Positions 54,765 through 64,000 of a stretch of DNA of 64,000 nt are shown piece after piece (positions within the stretch are counted from its first letter, which is position 1; the number at the start of each line of letters is the position of its first letter). The notes beneath the pieces are model-generated. The model saw only the letters and a list, made by a program, of their open reading frames with translations. It made no database searches and was not told the DNA's origin. A program made the translations under genes and the position numbers. The DNA comes from Camelus dromedarius. Taxonomy: Eukaryota. The stretch covers positions 30,940,001-31,004,000 of the forward strand of contig NC_087437.1 of NCBI RefSeq assembly GCF_036321535.1, in the 5' to 3' direction.

Positions 54765-55950
54765 TAATTAACTGAACAGATATGTATTGAGCACAATATT
54801 GTATGTAGTAGACACTGTTCTAGGAACTGAGGATATGTCAGTGTTCAAAATAGAACAAATCTTGACCTATTGGGACTAACATTTCAGTGGGAAGAAATAG
54901 GCAATATACAAGATAAATAAATCAGTGATATAGTATTTTAATGGGTGATAATGTTAGGGAGAGAAAAATAGCAGGGATTGAAACAAGGGGTACTGGGGGG
55001 AGTGTTGTAATTTCACATTGTGTAGTTAGGGAAGTCCTCACTGGGGTGACATTTGAACAAAGAATTGAAAGGAAGTGAGTCCATGCATTATCTAGGGGAA
55101 AAGCATTCTAAGTGGAGGAAACAGGACTTCTAAACCCTGAGGCAGGGTTGTGCTTGGCATTTTGGAAGAACAGCAAAGAGGTCAGTGTGGCTGGGAAGAG
55201 TGAGAGAGAGAGCAGTGGGAGAGGAGATGAGAGGGGTGCGAGGGTCAGAGCACATCGAGTGTTGTGGGCTGTTGGAGGACTTTGGCTTTTACTCTGAGTG
55301 AAATGGGGAGCCATGGAAGACTTTTGACAGAGAAGAGTCGTGATCTGACTTAGAGTTTAAAGGATTATTCTATCTGCCATGTTGCAAATAGACTGAAGGG
55401 GACAACAGTAGCATTCACTGGATTTGCTGATGGAGTGAACTTGGAAGTGCCCTGCATCAACAGTTAGTAAATGGTATAAGGAATGATTTAACTCATGATA
55501 ATATACTGAGTCTGAAGGTCAGTGAGCAGATGGGCCTGAGTGAAGGAGAGGGTACATGTAGGCAAATAATAGAAGATAAGTTTGGAGATGATGGATGAGA
55601 CAGGTGGTGCCAGTGACAGAAATGGGGAATTTGGAAGGAGGACTGGGCTAATGGGGGTAGTTTTGGAAATGCTGAATTTGAGGAGATGGTGGAATCTCAG
55701 AGTAGGGGCATGTTGGAAGGTTAGCATATGGAATTAGAGGTCCGATGGGGAAGTTGGTGCTAGAGTCAAGATTTTGGAGTTCTTATGTAGAGGTGCTAGT
55801 TGAAGACAAGAGAATGAATGTGCTGCTTTATATTGAGAGATAAAAGTAAAGGATCAAGGATAAAACCCCAAAATGCCCACAGTAATGAGGTAGGTAGAGG
55901 AGGTAGAACCAACAAAAATGAAAAAAAAAAAGGCAAGGAAATCCAGGTGG
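54765..55950 (-). mobile_element. L2 LINE fragment in V2R1 intron 4
   Basis: tattgagcac...actgttctaggaactgaggata...gaacagcaaagaggtcagtgtggctgg...ggactttggcttttactctgagtgaaatggggagcca is typical antisense L2. Confidence 0.8.
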
Positions 55951-56020
55951 AAACTTTCTCAACCTGGCAAGTGGTAGAGACAAAGGGCTTTGTTACACGC
56001 ATTGTATTTGTCTTTGCTAG

Positions 56021-56144
56021 CTTCGCCATTCAGTGTGTACTGATCTGTGTCATCCCGGGACCTGGACGGGGATTCATCAGGGGGAACCAATATGCTGCTT
56101 TGACTGCATCCCATGTGCTGATGGACATGTGTCATGGGAACCAG
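56021..56144 (+). pseudogene. VN2R1P: V2R1 exon 5 (124 bp, cysteine-rich domain, open)
   Basis: Acceptor tctttgctag|CTT; LRHSVCTDLCHPGTWTGIHQGEPICCFDCIPCADGHVSWEPG; donor CAG|GTAGAA at 56145, phase 1. A 124-bp CRD exon is typical of CaSR/V2R genes. Confidence 0.95.
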
Positions 56145-57546
56145 GTAGAAATGATCATTTTTTTAAATTGATATTAAAATGCAAGTAGGTTAAACATGTT
56201 TTGGCAAAGAGGGCCTTGGAGCCATCTTTGTAAATAGATGTGGACAACTTATCATAAAAATTATAATTCATCCAAACTATTGGATGTTCTGTTCAGTGAA
56301 AAAAATATAACATTGAATTTTAGTTCTAAGGCTGCTACATTTGGGAAAAAGACCTGTGTCCATGAATGTAAGAGAGGAAACAATTTTTTTAATGAAATGT
56401 GAAATAGGAATACATGGATTTGTAAAAAGTATTTAAAATTATTTCAAGTTCTGAAGTAGACTAAACATTAGTTATGGAAAAATAGTGAGTAATTAATAAG
56501 TAAGTGAATTACAGTTCTGTGTTTTACAGAATTATCCCTAATTTGGAAATATAAGATCTAGAATTACATCTCTAAAGACAATTGGCTTAGGACCATAATT
56601 ACTCAAGATTTGTAGGACAGCTGAATTCTGTAACTACTGCTCTATGAATTTTTCACTACTACCTGCTGAATTGCTGCTCTCTGTGACCAGAATTTTAGCT
56701 GGGCTTGATATGCTTAGCCTCATGAAGCATGTTGGAGCAGGTTTATTTTTATCTCTACCTTCTGTTAAAGGTAACACAAATTGTACCTGTCCTTTGCCAA
56801 AAGGCCCTCAATAGCAACTTATTTAAAAGAGAATTTTCAAAACATAAAAATTTTCGCAAATGGAAAACAAGCACAATGTCACCTGGAACAAATCCTTGGA
56901 CCCCACGTGGCCCCATCTCTGCACAGAGTTACATCAAGAGCAGTCCAGTCCAGCAGGCAGAAGTGACTGAGGGGGAATCCAGTTTTAACCTGCATCTTTC
57001 AAAGACCAGTGAAGAGATCCACTTCATACCACAAATTCATCCCAAATAACTTTTTCTTATGTCACAATACTCTCCTTTTAGAGTCTCTGCCCAGCCAAAT
57101 GCCTCAAATGTTTTCTGAACCTTAGTCAACAGGGTTGTTGTTTTTGTTTCTCTTCTTCTTATTCTCGACCTTTTTCTACCTGTTCTCTCAAATCTGCATC
57201 TGGAGGGTGAGGAGGGGAGAGCTGAGCGGGCAAAGGCAAAATTCTCTCCAGTGGGTGGGGGAAATGTTGAATGCAAGATTGAAAACGCTCGTATTTTTAT
57301 AAATCTTATCCCTGTTACAATTCTCTTTCACCTTAGTAGCTTCAATGTTCTCACATTTCTGTGGATTGTTCTCGGGTTTATGAGGGTACACAACTCCCTT
57401 CTCAAGTAGACAACTGAAAGAGAAAGAAAGATGCATCTTCCTGAAAAAGGCCCATGTAGGAATGGCTGAAACCAAGAAGGGGACTGAATTTCAAAAATTA
57501 AAATAAATTCTCCATCTGTAATATTAGCTGCACACCATTTACCACT

Positions 57547-57613
57547 GTTGTTTTTTTTTGTTTTTGTTTTTGTTTTTGTTTTTGTTTTTGTTTTTGTTTT
57601 TGTTTTTGTTTTG
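57547..57613. repeat. (TTTTTG)n hexanucleotide repeat ~130 bp upstream of the exon 6 acceptor
   Basis: About 10 tandem TTTTTG units. Confidence 0.95.
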
Positions 57614-57743
57614 AGGTATTATATATTCTCTATTAAAAAATTCAGTGAGTCCTGCACTAGGCCTTTGGCTGCTTTGGGCTATTCATAGCTGAAGAGGACA
57701 ACTGGATTTCTTTGTAGTCAGTTCTCTGTTCTTTGCGCATTAG

Positions 57744-58728
57744 GTCAAAGGGAGTGTGAACAATGTGGTGACAACTGTTGGCTGAATGCACAAAAGAGCG
57801 AGTGTGTGCTGAAAGAGGTGGAATTCCTGGCTTATGATGAAGCCCTGGGATTCACTCTTGTCATTCTCTCCATCTTTGGGGCGCTCGTGGATTTGGCAGT
57901 CACAGCTGTGTATGTGATACACACACACACTGCACTTGTGACCGCCAATGACTGGGGGCTGAGCTTTCTCATTCAGGTTTTTCTTGTCGTCACGCTGCTG
58001 TCTTCCATGCTCTTCATTGGCAAGCCACACAACTGGTCCTGCCTGGCCTGCCAGGTCACTCTGGCACTGGGCTTTTCTCTCTGCCTGTCTGGCATTCTTG
58101 GAAAGACTATTTCACTGTTTTTAGCATACAGAATTTCCAAATCCAAAACCCGCCTTATATATCCATCTGCCCTCTTTATCGCAAAGTCGTCATGTTAATC
58201 TCTGTTCTAGTTGAGGTTGGCATATGCACAGCCTATTTAATACTGGAACCCCCAAGGGTGTACAAGAACATGGAATCTCAAAATATAAAGATTATTCTGG
58301 AATGTCATGAAGGTTCTATAGAATTTTTATGCTCTGTGTTTGGGATGGATGTCTTCTTGGCCTTGCTGTGCTTTCTTACGACCGTTGTGGCTTGCCAGTT
58401 ACCGGACAATTACAATGAAGGAAAATGCATCACCTTCAGGATGCTAGTTTTCTTCATCATCTGTGTCTCTTTTGTCCCTGCTTACTTGAGCACCAAAGGC
58501 AAGTTCAAAGTGGCTGTGGAAATATTTGCAATCTTGACATCCAGCTATGGTTTGTTGGGTTGTATATTTGAGCCCAAGTGCTTCATTATTTTGCTGAGGC
58601 CAAAGAGGAACATAGGTGAAATTGTTGGCAGAAGAGTCCCCACTATAGATAAGAGCATCCAACTGTCTTCAGCCTCTGTAAGCAGTGAGCTCAATGACAC
58701 CACGGTGTCAACTGTTCTGGGTGACTAG
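57744..58728 (+). pseudogene. VN2R1P: V2R1 exon 6 coding part (end of CRD + 7TM + tail), 2-bp insertion
   Basis: Acceptor cattag|GT CAA AGG GAG TGT (QRECEQCGDNCWLNAQKSECVLKEVEFLAYDEALG). ORFs 57806..58198 and 58192..58728 are joined by an extra TA at 58160-58161 in CTTATATATCC (restored: TRLISICPLYRKVVMLISVL); stop TAG 58726-58728. Confidence 0.96.
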
Positions 58729-61700
58729 AGTCGTGAGTTGTGAGTGTCCTTCAAAGCTGCAATGGTGACATAGCTTAACTGTCCCTTTCAGGTGATTCCC
58801 ATAGTAACTGCTGAAGCTCTGGGGTAGTACTAAGGATTTGGGTTCTGATAGCCTGGTCAAAGCATGGCATATGAGATCTCATCCTGTAAGATACCATTTA
58901 GCATGAGGTAGAATAACTGTTACTATTGAAATTATAAACCACTTTATTCAACACATTTCATAGTACTTTGGTATAAAGAGTGTATGGTAGAGGATATAAT
59001 AATGGGTGCAAGTAATCTGAAATGTTGGATTAAAATATTTGGGTCTTGCATAAATTTTTTCCCTTATATCATGGCTGTCTGATCCAGAAATTTACATTAG
59101 ACAGAGTTACCTTGTGCGGAGCAAGAGACATCTTGTTTTACATTCTGTTAATGCCTCTATGGAATAGACAGCTTTTCTCTGGCTGAGGTAAGAATTACAT
59201 AGACTTTCCCTTGGACCAGAGCATTAGGCAAGAGAATTTATGTTTCAAAGGATTCTGCAGCATACAGAGAATATTGAAGGAATTGAGATGTGAGTAAAAC
59301 TCAGTTCCTTGTTGAATTCATAATGGGAATCGATAAGTTTCTCCCAGAGGGAATGCAAGGCCTTCCTGCTCTAGATTTTCCTGCAGAAGTAAAGTATTTG
59401 AATTTCACAATGGTCTTCTTAAAACTTAAGAATGAAGGGAATGAAGTGTCAGCAAAGCAGTTATTAAGTTGATTATATAGTGAATGCCCAGATGGCAAAA
59501 ATAAAAGCAAATGTTGACCTAGAATGAAATAGTTTTTGGATAAATTAAGTGATAGATGTTTGCCCTCTGATTATCCTGAGTTAACTGGAATGTTACAAAA
59601 ATATTTTCAATCTTCTTCCAGATATGAAAGTTTAAAATGACCTATATATTTATGTGCACATGAATTAAATGTGTAGAAAAACAGAATTTGTAGAAATGCT
59701 GATAAACTGAATACTCCTGTGCATCCTTGACTCTAGGAAACCTACAGCGTCAGAGAGAGCTCTCTTTTCAAGAGAAGTTAATAATGTTTGTGAATATCAA
59801 TTAACCAAACTGGGCAAAGATTCATGCAGGCTTGTGGGAGCAGAAAGTGAAACCATGATGACTAGTTTAACAGAATAGGTCTGTCAGGAATTCATTTATT
59901 GATTTTTAAAGAATGATCATTCCAGACCTAATGAAGTGGATTGAGCTTCCTGTATTTTAAATAGGAAGCTTACTCCAGGTCCAGCAGAGTGAGCTCATTT
60001 GTTGAAGGGCTAGTGGTATCCCAGTACTTTCTGGGAAAGCATGTATTTACCCATCCATCTCCCAAAATTTCTACAGTGCTTTTTTCAATCATATCCCTAG
60101 GAGTTTTAGAGAAGAGTCTATATCACAGCATAAAGAGTGGAGAAGTTGCTATTTTTGTTCCTTCACTCGACCCAAGGGTGGACTTTGGAAAAGAGAAGAC
60201 GGTTTGTCAAAGTATCAAACAATAGGAAAATGAGAATCTGAGTCAATTCCTTGTTCAGTTATACATCTAGCTTGAGTCTTCTAAATGATCCTTCTTGGGA
60301 TTGGGGGAAAAAAGCTAAAAAGTGGCTCAAATCTAGTGACGTGCTTTAGTTTTATGTTAAAAATATTTCAACCTCAGAGTAATGCATTTCTTTTCTGAGA
60401 TATTGAACATACGGAATCGAAAAAGATAATTCTAGAAATTCATCTGGGTAATATCAAAGTCTCCGTGATTTTCTTTCATACTGCACAGCTCAGTAATACT
60501 GTCTTATTGGACTTGCGTTCTTTGCAATTATTTATTTTTTTCTAATGAGCAGTGGGTTTGGGTAACTAGAGAAAATAAATGTTATTGAAAAAGAAATATC
60601 AACTGAACTTGCATGTTTAATGTTTCCTGGTAGAACTTTACAGTTTTAAGATGCAACTTTTATCTCAAACGGTCTGAGGTTATCACTTGTTGACTTGGTG
60701 CATGGGCATTATTAATAGAAACTGGCTTATGGCAGATAAATTGAATAATATTTGATTGTCAAAGGATGATAGTCTAATATTTATTATTGATTTATTCTTT
60801 ATAATTATTTACTTGTCAGGTATTAAAACATTTCTCATAACATTCCGAGATAATTTCTCTTTGGATGAATGTGTCATTAAAAAATTATTTCTTGTGAAAA
60901 AAAGAAAAAGAGACTGGATTCTCTATCAGCACATGTTGACTTATAAAAGACTCTCACATGGAAGTCACTGGCAATGCTCCCTGCTGTGGATGAGCATTTG
61001 CTGGTAACCACATGCTGGGCCTCAGGGAGCGGCTCAGAATTAATTTCAGAGTGTTGCATCAAAATAATGTGGTTGCTGGCTTAGGGAGTAGCATAAAGAC
61101 TAATTGCTTGAAATAAAAAAATTGCAAACCAATACTTTACTCAAGGCTGACCTAGACACATGCAGGCTTGAGCTCTTTGGAAAAAAGAAATATTTATCAA
61201 GGCTGTTCAAATTCACAGCATAAGATTAATTCCTTTGGGTTAAGGCAAAGAAAATTCCTGATGAAAAGTGATTATATTATTGACTGCTAGATTAATTGCC
61301 TTAAAACACAGCTCTGATCTTGTCACTTCCCTGCTTGTCAACTCCCAGTGGCTCTCTACTCTATTGCATGAGTCCAGCTGCCTTAGCCTATCATTCGAGC
61401 CCCTACAAACTGTTTTCCACCTTCTGTTGCAACATTTGTCACCTGCCATCTTCCTGCCCACATCTTTATAACAGAATCCAACTGGACTTTTGCAGTTCCT
61501 GGAACCTACCTTCCTGATTTTAGGTTGCTCACACAATTCTCTTTCTCCTCTAGTGCTCTAATAGTACTTCAGTCATCCATCCACCTACCCATCCATCACT
61601 GAAAGCTTGTGCACCAGAGTCAGAGTTACACATTGAAAATGTACAAAGGCAGGGAATTGTAACCCACTTCCAGATACTGACTATCATTTGGGATGATAGA

Positions 61701-62889
61701 TAATAAACTGACAATTATCCAATCATGTGACAAAGCTGTGATTGTGAAAGCATATCTCTGTGCTGGGTGAGTCACAGTCAAGCAATGCTCCCTAGGTAGG
61801 TGACACTTGAATGAATTCCTGAAGGACAAGAAGGAATTAGCTGTATGAAGGAAAGATAAACTAATGCATGCCTTCTGCCTAGCCTAGCTGGAGTGTGTAG
61901 GTACCAGATTTCCCTTCCTTTTGTCTAAGGCACTTTATCTGTGCCTCTTGCCTTTCACTGGCCATTTTTCTAACTTATACCAGGGTTATCTGCTTCCACG
62001 TCTTGTCTCCACAGCAATGTTATAATTTATTTTCTGAAGGGATCACTTTCTCTCCCTGGCTTTCTGTCTGTCTGTCTCTGTACTCTTAACATCTAGAATA
62101 TAGCTTGCACTTAATTGGTGTCCAATGCTTTTTTTTTTTTTTAAATTAATGGATGGATGAATAAAGTTATCAAGAGAGCTAACCACTCACCTAGCAAGGT
62201 CCAGGGACAATGGCTTCAATAAAAGTTAAGGAGGCCTGGAGCACAGCAGGGGTAGAGGAGGCAGAAATAGCCTATTGGGGAAACACAGTGGGTTTCCAAG
62301 ATAGCAGGAGCCAGTCTGAGAACAATAGGTGCTTCATTTGGGTAAAGGGAGTCAGCACAGGACTGAAAGGAAGGAGATGAGTTGAAATTGGAGTGGGCAG
62401 TCTTGAAAAGAATTTTTCTATGGTAGTCACTTGACTATTTTCCCATGATATTTTCTCCTTCTTATAGTCTCATTTTTGAAAAATAAATGCAATATTTTAT
62501 CCCCCCTCACAGTTTCTTCTCTTTTGAGCTGTCATTGTAAAAAGCAGCAATTTGGAACATCTAAAGATAGAGTATTTATAATCTCAAAGTAGAGTTATTT
62601 ACAATTTATATTTAAAAAACTCTGTGAAATTCACTTGTTTACATATTTAGAGAATTGTTATATATCCCCCCTGATAATTTTGGAAAAACAATTTGGATAT
62701 AAAAGGCATAATGTGAAAATACAAATAGACCAGATATACTAGTTAGGATAATTTAACTGCTGGAACAAACAAACCCCTAAATCTTAGAAGTTTAACAGAT
62801 TAACACTTAACACACACTAAGACTTATGTATGTGTTATTAGCCAGACTGCTCTCCGGGATGCCCCTCTTCCAGGCAGTGATTCAGGGAT

Positions 62890-63333
62890 GTTGCTGGATA
62901 ATCTGTATTTGCCCCACCAGACCCATTCTCTGCCTTCCCCACTCTGCTCTGTGCCCCTGTGGACTGCATCACATTAACTCCCTTACCCTACAGCTTCCAG
63001 TGGATTTGGCCAATGAGAGGCACCAGTGGGAGACTGCAGAGTGAGAGGAGAGGTTAGGGTCTTTGTTGTTTCAATCATGGCTCACTCTTCTATTTGTAAC
63101 CGCCCCCGTCCCCCCCATGGCCTTGCTCTCACCAGGTGCCATGTTTGCTGAGCTGTTCCCTTCCTTCTTACACCTGAGTGTGAGAACAGCTTCCCGTTGT
63201 TCCTAGTCCCAGGTGCTTCACCATACTGTGTTAGATCCTTTAACTTTGCCCACTCATGTCAATAGTCCTACTTTAAACTCTCTTCCCTTCTGAGAGCATA
63301 TCATCTGTTTCCTGCTGGAACCCTGACTCAAAC
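62890..63333 (+). mobile_element. ERVL solo LTR (LTR33-like) nested in an old MLT1
   Basis: TG...CA ends; cttccagtggatttggccaatgagaggcacc; 3' atctgtttcctgctggaaccctgactcaaaca; MLT1-like sequence resumes on both sides (62738-62889, 63334-63400). Confidence 0.75.
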
Positions 63334-64000
63334 AGTGACCCAAGTTTCTTTCATTTCACGATGCTGCCATCTTCAGTGCAAGCTTTGCAGGTTCCAGTTC
63401 ATGGAGGGATGTAAATAGTCTGCGGGGAGATCTCATGGTGCCTAGTCCGGGACCTGGGCCTTATGAACTTTTAAAATGTTAAACAAGAGCACAATTCAAG
63501 GGCAAAGACTCCACTGAGGAGAAAATATTAGGAGCAAGATCCAAACTGGTCAGGACAAGGACAAAAAGGGGCAAAGAAATAAAGGGTTCAGTCCAAATGA
63601 TCAAAGTAAACCTTACTGATTTAAAACTTTGTTGTATTGAAACATATGATAGAGTTGGGCTTAGGTCTAAAGGTTTTAGATGCTTAGGTCCAAAGGGTCA
63701 TGATCATAGTCAGTTATTTTTGCTCATGGGGTGAAGCAATGGCAAAGATAATCTCAAATTATTCGTTAGCTATTACTGTCATACGACTGATTTTATCAAT
63801 AGACATTCCAGGACTATTTAGTGTGTTTGCTGTAAAATGATGTGGAATGTGGCTGCCAATTTTCCCATCAGTTCGCCAGCACTCAGAACACTTTGGAGTG
63901 CCTTATGGAAATTCTTTTGGAGTTTGGAAGACGTTGTTTTGAGTATCTTCAATTATGAAAATACTTTTTCAGAATGATTCGATTTTTACATATTTATTTA

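Larger units (their letters stand above)
39912..58728 (+). pseudogene. VN2R1P: Vomeronasal type-2 receptor, family C (Vmn2r1 orthologue), unprocessed 6-exon pseudogene; class C GPCR (Venus flytrap + nine-cysteine domain + 7TM)
   Basis: Conceptual translation matches the Vmn2r1-type protein end to end: GYVDAKNHSLVIGG, FNFRGFRWMKTMIH, FGWVWIGTIAADDDYGKYG, EAWITSALIAKPEYFPYFGG, CCFDCIPCADG, QLPDNYNEGKCITF, PAYLSTKGKFKVAVEIFAIL, C-terminal SASVSSELNDTTVSTVLGD*. Six exons with GT-AG boundaries and compatible phases; 2 in-frame TAG and 4 frameshifts. Confidence 0.96.

Noticed and set aside
40011..58161. V2R1 indels sum to a multiple of three (-8-1 and -2+2), suggesting compensation
   Set aside because: Stops intervene in the shifted frames (40017, 47451) and there are independent TAG codons, so no full-length product is restored.

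Overview
Mammalian, repeat-rich and CpG-poor genomic DNA, probably camelid: it carries a tRNA-Ala-derived Vic-1-like SINE and no Bov-tA, Alu or B1 elements that I could see. There is no prokaryotic system or CRISPR array. The one securely identifiable gene is a complete six-exon, + strand family-C vomeronasal type-2 receptor, the orthologue of mouse Vmn2r1 and human VN2R1P (39912-58728). All ten splice sites are canonical GT-AG, but six ORF-breaking lesions (2 nonsense, 4 frameshifts) make it a pseudogene. Most of the remainder is L1, L2, MIR, MaLR/ERV LTRs and hAT/Tigger DNA-transposon fossils. The most unexpected signal is at about 1.5-6.4 kb: apparently non-repeat sequence with a degenerate ~150-bp triplicated unit. 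Its copies diverge like former protein-coding DNA (synonymous third-position changes, conservative substitutions, stop codons aligned to Gln/Trp), and phase-compatible splice sites flank it. This suggests the fossil of a second, unrecognised gene encoding a Ser/Thr/Pro-rich repeat protein. Repeat subfamily names and boundaries are by eye from remembered consensus sequences and are approximate. Comparisons to mouse Vmn2r1 are from memory of that protein.
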